From positions 1-60,919 of the IMG/VR virus record IMGVR_UViG_3300042991_000522: a stretch of DNA of 60,919 nucleotides; one strand, given 5' to 3'. Shown here piece after piece: positions 29,746 through 40,101 of the stretch (position 1 is the stretch's first letter; every line of letters begins with the position of its first letter). A program made the translations under genes and the position numbers. The notes below the pieces were generated by a model. That model made no database searches and was not told the DNA's origin. It worked only from the letters and a program-made list of their open reading frames with translations. The stretch is from a virus (taxonomy: Duplodnaviria; Caudoviricetes).

Positions 29746-29766
29746 ATTTTTTTTATTATTATATAT

Positions 29767-29800
29767 AAAAAAAAGAGATGTAATAAATATTACATCTCTT
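29767..29800 (-). terminator. intrinsic terminator after the TonB-dependent receptor gene
   Basis: AAGAGATGTAATA-aa-TATTACATCTCTT with a U-tract on the minus strand. Confidence 0.75.
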
Positions 29801-29838
29801 GTTTAAATTTTTTAGTATATTTGTACTATAAGTACATT

Positions 29839-32800
29839 TTAATTACCAAAAATATATCTAATACCAAATTGAGCAGTCCAAACATCATAAACAGATGAAT
29901 TTTGACTATAAGTATCTTGTATTAACTTTTTTGTACCATCTAAATTGGTTTGTGTTGCTAAATTATAAACAGGTTCACCATTTGCAACAGATTTATATGC
30001 TAGAATTGATGGATTTGTTGCTCTTTGAGAAACACCCCAAGAATCATTTAACATATTACCAAAATTTAAAATATCAAATCTAAATTGTAAAGTATTTTTA
30101 CTTTCTTTAACTTTTAAAGTAATATCTTGAACAAATGATAAATCAAATCTGTGTAGCATTGGTAAGACTGAACCATTTCTTTCAGCATATGTACCTCTAT
30201 TATTAGATAAATATTCATCTTGATTAATATATGCTTCTAATGCTTCTTGTTGTTGTGCTTCAGTATAAACAGTTGTTCCAACAGTTAACGGTGAGAATTT
30301 AATATCAGAACCTTTTTCTGGTATCCACATTAATTCATTATTAGATATACCGTCACCATTCATATCACCACTTATATTATAAGAGAATGGTGAACCTTGA
30401 TTACCAACATATCCAAGTGTTACTGATGTTGCGCCACCTGCTTTTTTACCATATTCAATTCTATAACCAACCAAACCAACTAAACGATTTGGAGACACAA
30501 AATCTGATCTTGATAAACTAAGATCATTATTACCATTAACTGATCTTGCACCTGTCCAACTACCACTAGCAATTGAACCAGCACTCATATAATCTTTAGC
30601 ATTTGATTTTGTCCAAGCAAAAGAACCAAATAATCCTTTTTGATAAGGATATTCTAATTTTAATGTTATAGAATTAAAATCAGAACCATCACTATTTGTT
30701 AAAACAATTGCATTTGAAACATTGTCATTTATTCTATTACCATTATTATTTCTTGCATACATTGCTCTGTTATCAACACCAGTAAAATTACCAGTTGGTG
30801 ATTCCATATTAGCATTATAGTAATGAACAGCATTTAAATTTTTATTATAAAAATATTCTGCTGTTACTATAAAACCTAATGGTAATTTTTGATCTATCGC
30901 AATATTAGTTTTCCAAACTTGTGGAAATTTATAATTTTCGTCTGTTAATGCTATATCAAATGTCGTAGGAAGTGTAGGTGTTTCTGGTATATAATATTCA
31001 TTAGGATTAGCAGTAAAACCAAATTTGGAAGTACCTTTATTATCACTATCAATATAACCAGTCAAAACACCATTGTTTCCAATCTGATTAGAAATAAATA
31101 CATAAGGTGGTCTACCTGTAAACACTCCACTTCCACCTCTAAGTTGTGTTTTTGCATTACCAAATAAGTCATAGTTAAAACTAAATCTTGGCTCCCACAA
31201 AACAGATGTTGTTGGCATTGTTGATGTGTTATGTTTTTCACCATTAACAAATGTCATGTCTGATATTGCTGGATTTTCTAAGGATGTTTGAGCAAAGCTA
31301 ACTATAGCATTTCTTAATCCAACTGTAACATTTAATTTATCTGTTACTTTATATTGATCTTGTACATATAGATCTAATCTATTTGTTTTTAAGATTTGTA
31401 ATGGTTCTTCTGCATTAGGTAATGCAGAATATCTAAGTTGAAATCTTGCAGGTAAATATTGAGTTGATGGTGCTCCATCATTAGCTAAACTCTCATTAGA
31501 TGCATTATAAAAATCACTTAAACTATTAAAAATATAAACACCATTTGAAGCTGGATAAAATAAATTATTAGATTTATAATTTTCATAGTTAAATCCAGTA
31601 GTTATTGTATGTTTACCAATATATTTAGTTAAATTATTAGTAATATGAAAAGTATAATAGTCTAATTTATTACTTGGAGTAAATGGATCAAATCCAACAG
31701 AAGTATAAGTTGAGCTACCTTCTCTAATATCAATAGTAGGAAACATAGATGAGCGATACGCTCTATCTTCAATTTGTTTATCATATCCAACAATCAAATT
31801 ATTAAATAAACTTTCAGACAATTTACTATTTAATTCTAATACTGCTGAACGAGTGTTGTCCATAATTATATATCCACTATTTTCAAATGACATGGCAAGT
31901 TGAGATTGTGTTCTACTACCAGCACCAGCAGATGAAGAATTTGAAATATTTATTTCTGCACCTGAATTGTGATGTACATATCTTGCTGATAATTTGTGAT
32001 TATCATTAATGTTCCAGTCTAGTTTTAATAAGAATTTATCAGACGTATTAGAATTAGAATAACCTTCCCATGCACCTGTATAATAATTATAATTCGTTTT
32101 CATATAATTAGAAAGAGTTTCCATATCTGAATAAGTAACTCTACTGATTTGTGAACCTGTTAATGGTGAACCTGTTGATATCCATGTTGTACCTGGTTCA
32201 GTTTTTGATAATGTTTCAAAATTACCAAAAAAGAATAATTTATTTTTAATAATTGGCATACCTAAACGACCACCAATAACTCTTTCATTAAATTCTGATG
32301 CTGTTACTGGAACACCATTTGCAGAATTACCAACAAAATTAGAACTATTGTCTCTTTGTGATGTGTATATAGAACCTTCAATACTATTAGTACCACTTCT
32401 TGTTACAGCGTTAATACCAGCTCCTGTGAATCCACTTTGACGAATATCATAAGGAGCAACATTAATTTGAAGTTGTTCAATTGCATCTAATGATATTGCT
32501 GATGAGCCAGTTCTACCACCTGCTTGTGCTGATGATCCTAAACCAAAACCATTATTAAATACAGAACCATCAATAGTAAAATTATTTAATCTACTATCTT
32601 GTGATCCAAATGAATTTCCATTACCATTTGGGTTATACTTAGTAATACCATCAATAGTTCTCGCACCAACAATAGGAATACTTTGAATTTCTTTCCTACT
32701 AAATTGCTGAGATGCTCCTGTTCTCTCTTTAGAAATTATACTACTTCTATTAGATAAAACTACTACTTCCTCAATTCCTAAATTTTCTTCCTTTAATAAG

Positions 32801-33141
32801 AAATCAATATTACTTGTTATACCTAAAGATGTATTAATATCTATAATTTCTTCTTTAGACATACCAATAAATGAAGCTTTCATAGTATAAGGTCCACCAA
32901 CTCTAACAGATGGTAATACATACACACCTGATTTGTTGGTCGTGGCATAGTACTTAGTGCCTGTCGGTGTATGTTCTGCCTGAATTGTCGCACCGACTAA
33001 CAATTCATCTTTATCACTTTTTACTATACCTGATATTGAGGATGTCGTAACCTGGGAATATGTTATTAATCCACTTATCGAAAATAGTAAAATAAAAATT
33101 AATTTTTTTATCATATAATTTAATTTTTTTTTTATATCCAA
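29839..33141 (-). CDS. TonB-dependent receptor, Oar-like, with N-terminal carboxypeptidase-regulatory-like domain
   Basis: Signal peptide (likely start MIKKLIF), QVTTSSISG, NNFTIDG, GAGINAVTRSGTN, C-terminal QFGIRYIF. Confidence 0.9.
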   Translation of the reverse strand: MDIKKKLNYMIKKLIFILLFSISGLITYSQVTTSSISGIVKSDKDELLVGATIQAEHTPTGTKYYATTNKSGVYVLPSVRVGGPYTMKASFIGMSKEEIIDINTSLGITSNIDFLLKEENLGIEEVVVLSNRSSIISKERTGASQQFSRKEIQSIPIVGARTIDGITKYNPNGNGNSFGSQDSRLNNFTIDGSVFNNGFGLGSSAQAGGRTGSSAISLDAIEQLQINVAPYDIRQSGFTGAGINAVTRSGTNSIEGSIYTSQRDNSSNFVGNSANGVPVTASEFNERVIGGRLGMPIIKNKLFFFGNFETLSKTEPGTTWISTGSPLTGSQISRVTYSDMETLSNYMKTNYNYYTGAWEGYSNSNTSDKFLLKLDWNINDNHKLSARYVHHNSGAEINISNSSSAGAGSRTQSQLAMSFENSGYIIMDNTRSAVLELNSKLSESLFNNLIVGYDKQIEDRAYRSSMFPTIDIREGSSTYTSVGFDPFTPSNKLDYYTFHITNNLTKYIGKHTITTGFNYENYKSNNLFYPASNGVYIFNSLSDFYNASNESLANDGAPSTQYLPARFQLRYSALPNAEEPLQILKTNRLDLYVQDQYKVTDKLNVTVGLRNAIVSFAQTSLENPAISDMTFVNGEKHNTSTMPTTSVLWEPRFSFNYDLFGNAKTQLRGGSGVFTGRPPYVFISNQIGNNGVLTGYIDSDNKGTSKFGFTANPNEYYIPETPTLPTTFDIALTDENYKFPQVWKTNIAIDQKLPLGFIVTAEYFYNKNLNAVHYYNANMESPTGNFTGVDNRAMYARNNNGNRINDNVSNAIVLTNSDGSDFNSITLKLEYPYQKGLFGSFAWTKSNAKDYMSAGSIASGSWTGARSVNGNNDLSLSRSDFVSPNRLVGLVGYRIEYGKKAGGATSVTLGYVGNQGSPFSYNISGDMNGDGISNNELMWIPEKGSDIKFSPLTVGTTVYTEAQQQEALEAYINQDEYLSNNRGTYAERNGSVLPMLHRFDLSFVQDITLKVKESKNTLQFRFDILNFGNMLNDSWGVSQRATNPSILAYKSVANGEPVYNLATQTNLDGTKKLIQDTYSQNSSVYDVWTAQFGIRYIFGN

Positions 33142-33198
33142 AATTAGATATATTTATCAAACATCTTATAAAAAAAAATATTAAATGTTTAATAAAAT

Positions 33199-33465
33199 TT
33201 AACCAACTTTATCGTTTAATTCTTTTAATTTTTCATTTCTAATCTTAATTAATAAAAATGGACAAAATTCAGGAGTTATTTTATCTGATGTTATATCACC
33301 AGCCATAATATTAAATCTATTATTTTTACTTATTATACTATCGTGATAACATTTATATTGATATTTACTAGTAATACCATTTAATGTTGCTGTGCTTAAA
33401 TATTTACAACCATCACATGTAAATACTTTTTTTAAAGTTGGTCCATCAATTCCATTAATATTCAA
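33199..33465 (-). CDS. class B Cys-containing protein
   Basis: CDGCKY...TPEFCP...RNEKLKEL. Confidence 0.7.
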   Translation of the reverse strand: MNINGIDGPTLKKVFTCDGCKYLSTATLNGITSKYQYKCYHDSIISKNNRFNIMAGDITSDKITPEFCPFLLIKIRNEKLKELNDKVG

Positions 33466-33468
33466 TTT

Positions 33469-34710
33469 CTATTTAATCATTTTTATAATATTTAATGCTT
33501 TCTTTGCAGCATTATTCCAAGAAAACTCATTTCTAATTATTTCAGAATCGGTTATAGCTTTTAATTTATATTGCCAATAATTAATATAAACATCTCTCAT
33601 AATTTTTGATAAATCTTCAAAATCTGGTTCATAATAATTACCAATACTATTAGGTATAGGTTTTTCACCTAAAATTTTAACAGGATGTCCTTTACCATTA
33701 GTAAATTCAAGTTGTCCACTACAATTAGAATATATTGATGGTGTACCACAAGACATTGCTTCTATAAGAGGTAAGTTCCATCCTTCTGATCTTGAACAAG
33801 ATAAAAAAACATGACCATTTTGTAAGTATTTTATATAATCTTGTCTATCTACAAAATGTAATATTTTAAGTCTATCATCTTTTAAATTAAATTTATTTAA
33901 TCTTTCTTCTGTTGTTTTCATTCCATCATTAGAATAATCAGAATTATCTACAGCTAATATTAGATCAACTGGCTCTTCTTTTTTAAAAGTTTTAATAAAC
34001 GTTTCTATAATTTCTTTTGTTGCTTTTCTATATTCCCATCTACCAAAAAGTACAAATTTAAATCTATTATCCTTATACATTTCTAAATCATAATTAAAAT
34101 ATTCAGGATTAAAAATTTTACCATCAACTGCTTCAGGTACAACAAATACTTTCTCATATGGATATCCTTGATTAATTATACATTGTTTTTGCCATTCAGA
34201 TGGACACCAAAATTGATCATATTGTTTTAGTAATTCAAAAAATTTTTCATCATAAAGTGTTGATTCCCAAACATTATAAGCAATTTTGAATCCTTTATAT
34301 CTATCAATACAATGAAAATAATGATGATTTGTTTCACTCAATATTATATTAATAACATTTTCTTTATTAAAATTTTCTAATCCGCTATTAATTTCATAAT
34401 CACACAAACCAATACCATACATATTTGCAACATCATTACAATATAGTGTTTGTTCACAAATTAATTTTCTTTGATATTCTGTCAAATAATTTTCATTTTT
34501 ATGTGGGTCATTATATATTGCTCTTGATCCATTTGGTATATTATGTATTTTATATGGTGTTCCTAATCCATTCCAAGATTTGCCTACTGTAAAGTTTCTT
34601 ATTTTAAGATTAACTAAATGACTTAATGCTGTAAAAAAATCTCTTGCATGTGCATTATATCCAGTTTGTCCAATAAAACTTGTATGACCTTTTATAAAAA
34701 TATTATTCAT
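33469..34710 (-). CDS. glycosyltransferase family 4 (GT-B)
   Basis: GRWEYRK, SRSEGWNLPLIEAMSCGTP. Confidence 0.9.
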   Translation of the reverse strand: MNNIFIKGHTSFIGQTGYNAHARDFFTALSHLVNLKIRNFTVGKSWNGLGTPYKIHNIPNGSRAIYNDPHKNENYLTEYQRKLICEQTLYCNDVANMYGIGLCDYEINSGLENFNKENVINIILSETNHHYFHCIDRYKGFKIAYNVWESTLYDEKFFELLKQYDQFWCPSEWQKQCIINQGYPYEKVFVVPEAVDGKIFNPEYFNYDLEMYKDNRFKFVLFGRWEYRKATKEIIETFIKTFKKEEPVDLILAVDNSDYSNDGMKTTEERLNKFNLKDDRLKILHFVDRQDYIKYLQNGHVFLSCSRSEGWNLPLIEAMSCGTPSIYSNCSGQLEFTNGKGHPVKILGEKPIPNSIGNYYEPDFEDLSKIMRDVYINYWQYKLKAITDSEIIRNEFSWNNAAKKALNIIKMIK

Positions 34711-35137
34711 TTATTTTAATTAATTTTTCTTTTCTTATCATATTTTTGCATATTAACATATCATTTTTAAATAACTTTTCTATACCATAACACTCATAGA
34801 TTTTTTTATCTTCTAAATATATTTTACTTGAATCATCACAAACACATTTTAATATATTTTTATCATACTTAATAAGATTAAATTCGAATTTATTATTATA
34901 ATCATTTTTAACTAATAAATAATTATATTCTTTACCAATAATCACAATTTGTTTATAACTATAATCTATAAAATAATAATTATCTCTACGTTGATTTAAT
35001 TTTGAACTTTTATATATTGCAAAAGTATATCCACTACCATTTTTTATATATGATTCATATATAAAATAATCTTTATCTTCAATTCTTATTAAAAAAGTAT
35101 TAGTTACAATTCTCATCTCTTTATTTTCAGCTTCCAT
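34703..35137 (-). CDS. class B protein
   Basis: RKEKLIKI. Confidence 0.7.
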   Translation of the reverse strand: MEAENKEMRIVTNTFLIRIEDKDYFIYESYIKNGSGYTFAIYKSSKLNQRRDNYYFIDYSYKQIVIIGKEYNYLLVKNDYNNKFEFNLIKYDKNILKCVCDDSSKIYLEDKKIYECYGIEKLFKNDMLICKNMIRKEKLIKINE

Positions 35138-35141
35138 ATAT

Positions 35142-36014
35142 TTATTTTATTCTTTGCAATTTTTTATTCCTATAATATTCTAATGTTCTAGTGTTTATTT
35201 TAATATATTGGTATTCTGGATTTTTTCCAATATCAAATACTTCATAAAACATAATTAATTTGTTATTAAAATTATCAAATGATTTTACCTCTTGAAATAT
35301 AATATCATTATTTTCATCGGTTAAAATAGCACAATGTACACCACTTTGATCATTTTGAGTTTTTCTACCAAAAATAATAATATCATCATCTATCAAATCA
35401 TCAATTAAATATGGTGTATGTCCATTATCAATAAAAAAATTACCTTTTTTATCATAAGTAAGATCAATAGGATCTAAATTATTTAAAATATAATTATATG
35501 TTTTAAAATTTGAAATTACATATTGTGCTGGTACTATTCTACCGTTATTTGCAATATAATTACTTAAACTAATAAATTTAGCAATGATACTTCTTGATAA
35601 TCTATCATTATATTTATCTTTTAATTTTTTTATATTAAAATCTGAAAGATTTGTAGGCATTGTTATTCTACTTTTTTCACCTAATAATGTTATCATTTTA
35701 TAAGCATCTTTATTAATTTCATGTTTTATTATATTAAATATTTGTTCTGTGTTATTTGTGTTACATAAAAAAGTATTGATTGGTATTTCTAATCTTTTCA
35801 GTTGAATATTTTTTAAATATACATTAGGACTAACTGTACCATATGCTGAAGATGAAGAAGCATTTAATGTTGGTTGTGGTTGTGTATAACTAAAGTCAAT
35901 ATAGGATATTGATGATGTAATATTTTTTGAACTTATTATTGAATAAATATCATTTTCTAAATACTTTATATTTATTTTTGGAATCATTAGTAATATTTTT
36001 TTATAATATATCAT
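35142..36014 (-). CDS. degenerate T4 gp23-like major capsid protein paralogue with class B tail
   Basis: IIAKFISLSNYIANNGRIVPAQYVISN and YLIDD..DDDIIIFGRK resemble the gp23 C-terminal region; ends RNKKLQRI. Confidence 0.5.
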   Translation of the reverse strand: MIYYKKILLMIPKINIKYLENDIYSIISSKNITSSISYIDFSYTQPQPTLNASSSSAYGTVSPNVYLKNIQLKRLEIPINTFLCNTNNTEQIFNIIKHEINKDAYKMITLLGEKSRITMPTNLSDFNIKKLKDKYNDRLSRSIIAKFISLSNYIANNGRIVPAQYVISNFKTYNYILNNLDPIDLTYDKKGNFFIDNGHTPYLIDDLIDDDIIIFGRKTQNDQSGVHCAILTDENNDIIFQEVKSFDNFNNKLIMFYEVFDIGKNPEYQYIKINTRTLEYYRNKKLQRIK

Positions 36015-36052
36015 TAAAATAATTTTTTGTTTTTAATATATAAATATAATTT

Positions 36053-36403
36053 ATGAAACATTTAGAAATATATGAGAAATATTCTGGTAAATTTATATTA
36101 GAACGAAAGCCTGATGATAAAATAGATCCACAAAAAATACATAAAAAATTGAATGTTAATGATTGGATTGAATATTATTTTACATATTGGAGCTATGAAC
36201 AAAATAAAACATTGACAGGAAAAGAAATTGGTCAAATTGTAGAAAAAGGTGATCCTAATGTTGATTTAGATATTATAGTTAAACCATTAAATACAATTAT
36301 TAAAGATGAAATGTGGAAAACTGGAGAAAGACCAATCAGATCACATTATATAATTAGGAAGTTAGAAGAACACGAAATTAATTCAATGAAATATAATATA
36401 TGA
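36053..36403 (+). CDS. class A protein
   Basis: MKHLEIYE...MKYNI. Confidence 0.8.
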   Translation: MKHLEIYEKYSGKFILERKPDDKIDPQKIHKKLNVNDWIEYYFTYWSYEQNKTLTGKEIGQIVEKGDPNVDLDIIVKPLNTIIKDEMWKTGERPIRSHYIIRKLEEHEINSMKYNI

Positions 36404-36843
36404 AACATTTAAAAATATATGAGAATTATATACCATCAGAATATGATGTTAATTTGGAAAAATTAAAAATATTACTTAAGCACTTTAGGATAGTATTAGA
36501 AGAATTTGGCTTTAATTATAGAAATTATGTAGATGGACATACATATGAAATTGAATTTGATGATCAAAATGACGATTATGTATTTTATTTAAATATGAAA
36601 ATTGATTCGTTTCAAAAAAATAATATAATATTACAATTTAAAAAATCTTTAGCACATAAAAATAATATTGTGACTTTTATTACTGAATATTTAAAAAATA
36701 TAAATGGTATTAAATTTATTAGCTATGATAATAGTCATACATATACTTATTATATAAATATTAAAGATGTAGATAAATTAATTAATCAAATATCTGTGAA
36801 TGATATAAATTTTAAATTAAACGCAAATAATTATAATATATGA
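36400..36843 (+). CDS. class A protein
   Basis: MKHLKIYE...NNYNI. Confidence 0.8.
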   Translation: MKHLKIYENYIPSEYDVNLEKLKILLKHFRIVLEEFGFNYRNYVDGHTYEIEFDDQNDDYVFYLNMKIDSFQKNNIILQFKKSLAHKNNIVTFITEYLKNINGIKFISYDNSHTYTYYINIKDVDKLINQISVNDINFKLNANNYNI

Positions 36844-37115
36844 AATATTTAAAAAGATTCGAAAGAAAATATTTTTTATTTGAAGTTGGTGATAAAGTAA
36901 AATTAGACACCTTAATAAGAGATTATAAAAATAGAATATATATCATATTACAGCAACATTTTGATCCTACTGATGGTTGGACACGATATTATATTACAAG
37001 TGATGACGATGATAAACTTAAGTTTTGGGAGTATGAACAAAATTTAAAAAAAGCAACTAAAAAAGAAATAGAAGATTATCAATTAAAAATAATAGCAAAA
37101 AAATATAATATATGA
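36840..37115 (+). CDS. class A protein, KxGDxV core
   Basis: MKYLKRFE...EVGDKV...KKYNI. Confidence 0.8.
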   Translation: MKYLKRFERKYFLFEVGDKVKLDTLIRDYKNRIYIILQQHFDPTDGWTRYYITSDDDDKLKFWEYEQNLKKATKKEIEDYQLKIIAKKYNI

Positions 37116-37663
37116 GATATTTAAAAACATATGATAAAATGATAAATTTTGATTTAGATGAAAATATTCAATCATTAGTACTCGTTGATGCCATAAAAAG
37201 AAATAATATAGATTTGATAAAAAAATTATTTGATAGTGGATTAGATCCGAATATGAATTTTAGTGATTATGGTCAACCAATATTTTTAACAATACTCGAA
37301 CAAACACCTGTTAATATTGATATTGTCAAACTTTTTATAAAATATGGTGTAAATATTCACGAAAAATTTTATAATGATGGACTTTCAATATTTCATTATG
37401 TAATGGGTTTGTTATTAGATAAAAAAACTAAGCATGATTATTATATTGAACTTCTATCTATTTTCTTAGAGGCTGGTGCTAATTTACTATTAGAAGATAA
37501 ACATAAAAAAGAAAATTATTTAGAAACAATAGAAAGATTTTTTATAAACGAATATATAACAAAAAAAATGGCTATTAAAATATTTGATACAATTAAAGAA
37601 AAAGCACCAGAACAATATGAGCAGTATGCTATGAAAAAAGCAGCTAAAAAATATAATATATGA
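37112..37663 (+). CDS. class A ankyrin-repeat protein
   Basis: AIKRNNIDLIKKLFDSGLDPN, VKLFIKYGVNI, LEAGAN; ends KKYNI. Confidence 0.8.
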   Translation: MRYLKTYDKMINFDLDENIQSLVLVDAIKRNNIDLIKKLFDSGLDPNMNFSDYGQPIFLTILEQTPVNIDIVKLFIKYGVNIHEKFYNDGLSIFHYVMGLLLDKKTKHDYYIELLSIFLEAGANLLLEDKHKKENYLETIERFFINEYITKKMAIKIFDTIKEKAPEQYEQYAMKKAAKKYNI

Positions 37664-38034
37664 AATATATTAAAAAATTTGAAATAAGATTTGATTTAGA
37701 TGTCGAAGAAATATATTTGGAAGACATTTATAAAAAATCTAAATATAGGTTTTTGTATAGTAACATGTATAGACATAAAGATCATAAAATAGTAAAAGAT
37801 ATACTTGAAGAAAAATTAAAAGGTAAGATTATATCATTTACTCACAGAGAAACCACAAATACTTATGTTCACACACAACTTAAAAAAGATAAAATATTAG
37901 ATGTTGAATATGATAATGATGGTGGTAATCGAATATCGTATGTAAAGACAAAAGATAGTTGGTATTCAATTTACGAAGAAGAACCAATATATATTCATAA
38001 TACCGAATCAGACGCTGATAAATATAATTTGTAA
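37660..38034 (+). CDS. class A protein
   Basis: MKYIKKFE...DKYNL. Confidence 0.8.
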   Translation: MKYIKKFEIRFDLDVEEIYLEDIYKKSKYRFLYSNMYRHKDHKIVKDILEEKLKGKIISFTHRETTNTYVHTQLKKDKILDVEYDNDGGNRISYVKTKDSWYSIYEEEPIYIHNTESDADKYNL

Positions 38035-38069
38035 TATTAGATTTTAATATATAAAAGAAAAATCTTTTA

Positions 38070-38651
38070 ATGGAAAAATTTACAAAAATGAAAGATAAGC
38101 CAGCATTACCTCAAGAAGAAGTTTTATATAAAGGCAAACATCTTGATATGATAAAATATAAAGATACTGAAATATTACAAATTGGAGATAAAGTTGCAAT
38201 ATTACCATATTTTAAAGATGAAGGTACATTTCTAATGAGATTAGAATACACACCAGCTTTTCAATTTAAAAATAGAGATAAATCAGAGTTGAAAAAAATA
38301 ACAAATTATTTAACTGTTATTACAGGAACAATAGAAGAAGGTGAAACACCAGAAAAAACAATTAGAAGAGAATTATATGAAGAAGGTGGTGTAGTATTAA
38401 ATAATTTATTTCAATTTGAAATTGAAGGACCATTTTTTGTTCAAAAATATAGTACTGGACAAGCTTATTTGTGTTTATTAGAATTACCTGTTAATTCCTA
38501 TCGTCAAATTAAACCACCAACAGATGGCTCTGAAAAAGAAAAATTATCAAAAAACATTAGAATATCTGTAGCTGATGTTAATCAAATTGTAAATAATGAC
38601 CTTATAACTAAATATTTAATAACTAAATTAAAAACTGTTCTTGAAGGATGA
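38070..38651 (+). CDS. Nudix hydrolase (ADP-ribose pyrophosphatase-like)
   Basis: Nudix box GTIEEGETPEKTIRRELYEEGG. Confidence 0.9.
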   Translation: MEKFTKMKDKPALPQEEVLYKGKHLDMIKYKDTEILQIGDKVAILPYFKDEGTFLMRLEYTPAFQFKNRDKSELKKITNYLTVITGTIEEGETPEKTIRRELYEEGGVVLNNLFQFEIEGPFFVQKYSTGQAYLCLLELPVNSYRQIKPPTDGSEKEKLSKNIRISVADVNQIVNNDLITKYLITKLKTVLEG

Positions 38652-38932
38652 AATATTTAAAGAAATTTGAAGAATTAGATGAAGATAATGAACCTATTGA
38701 TATTATAAGTTATCCAGATGGATATATTATTACAGTCAATAATAGTGAATTTGAATTATTGAAACAAGAATTTGACATTTCTTGGGATGATGAACCAGAT
38801 TATGAAGAGGGTGTAATAGGACAATGGAGATTTAATGATGATGATAGTGATGAGATAGAAAAATGGTTAGAAGGATATAGATTAATTAAAGATCCAAAAT
38901 TGTATAAAGACACAAAGAATTATAATATATGA
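38648..38932 (+). CDS. class A protein (acidic)
   Basis: MKYLKKFE...KNYNI. Confidence 0.8.
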   Translation: MKYLKKFEELDEDNEPIDIISYPDGYIITVNNSEFELLKQEFDISWDDEPDYEEGVIGQWRFNDDDSDEIEKWLEGYRLIKDPKLYKDTKNYNI

Positions 38933-39210
38933 TTAAAAATTTTAAAATATTTGAAGAATATTCAATTAATTCATTTAAAAAAGGAGATTATGTAAAATGT
39001 ATTTATGATGAAACTTTATTTGATAAATATTTAAAAAAAGATAAAATATATATAGTTACCAGTACAGTAGGTGAGGCTGGTTCTGACAAAAGATTTATTA
39101 AAATTGATAATTATCCACAACTTAATAATATTAGAAGATTTGTAAAAGCTACAGAAAAAGAAATAGAAGAATATAAATTTAATAATGCAATAAAAAATTA
39201 TAATATATGA
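38929..39210 (+). CDS. class A protein, KxGDxV core
   Basis: MIKNFKIFE...KKGDYVKC...KNYNI. Confidence 0.8.
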   Translation: MIKNFKIFEEYSINSFKKGDYVKCIYDETLFDKYLKKDKIYIVTSTVGEAGSDKRFIKIDNYPQLNNIRRFVKATEKEIEEYKFNNAIKNYNI

Positions 39211-39518
39211 AAATATTAAAATTTAATGAAAATAATAACGATGATGATTCTTACAAAAAATTTGTAAAAATTACATTTGAAGGTGAACTTGAAGTACCAT
39301 TTGAGGATATAAAAAGAACTGAGGCTTATCAAAATGCATTTTATAAAAAATATGATAATCCTTTATTTTATGGTGTTGAAGGATATTTAGAACAAAATAC
39401 TGATAATATAAATTACAATTATAGATTAGTTGATGGTAATGGTAATCCAATTGATGATGAGGAAGAATTTGATAAGAAAGTAGAATTATATAACGCTGGA
39501 AAAAAATATAATATATGA
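39207..39518 (+). CDS. class A protein
   Basis: MKILKFNE...KKYNI. Confidence 0.8.
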   Translation: MKILKFNENNNDDDSYKKFVKITFEGELEVPFEDIKRTEAYQNAFYKKYDNPLFYGVEGYLEQNTDNINYNYRLVDGNGNPIDDEEEFDKKVELYNAGKKYNI

Positions 39519-39808
39519 GATTTTTAAAAACATATGAATTATATACTGGAAATAATGTTGATTACAGTGTTGGTGATATCGTAGTTTGTGCAGATGATAA
39601 AATAAAAGGTATTAAAACAACATCATTAAAAGAAGGTGATAAATATAACGTTTTAAAAATTTATAGTAATCCAGAAGATAAATTTTTAAAAACACCATTT
39701 TTAAGAGTAGATGTTGAGAATATAGAAACAGGTGAAATATCAAAAGGATGGGATTCAAATAGATTCAAATTAGAATTTGAATTTGATGCAGGAAAATATA
39801 ATATTTAA
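39515..39808 (+). CDS. class A protein, KxGDxV core
   Basis: MRFLKTYE...SVGDIVVC...GKYNI. Confidence 0.8.
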   Translation: MRFLKTYELYTGNNVDYSVGDIVVCADDKIKGIKTTSLKEGDKYNVLKIYSNPEDKFLKTPFLRVDVENIETGEISKGWDSNRFKLEFEFDAGKYNI

Positions 39809-40098
39809 TGAAACATTTAAAAACATTTGAAAATATAGAATTAAAAAGATATATAATATGTGATGATATTAGAGTAGATGGTACATCTATATATCAAATT
39901 CTTGGTGATAGAAATAGAGATATAACACTTAAAATTATAGCAAGATATAATAATGGTGTGGACGTTGGTTATATAAGAGATATGATATATTATGGAAATA
40001 AATATGAAAATTTAAATATTTATTATCAAACCGATGATTTAGATGATGCTCTTGATAAATTAAAAATGGTTGACATTTCAAAAAAATATAATATATAA
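39808..40098 (+). CDS. class A protein
   Basis: MKHLKTFE...KKYNI. Confidence 0.8.
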   Translation: MKHLKTFENIELKRYIICDDIRVDGTSIYQILGDRNRDITLKIIARYNNGVDVGYIRDMIYYGNKYENLNIYYQTDDLDDALDKLKMVDISKKYNI

Positions 40099-40101
40099 TA
40101 T

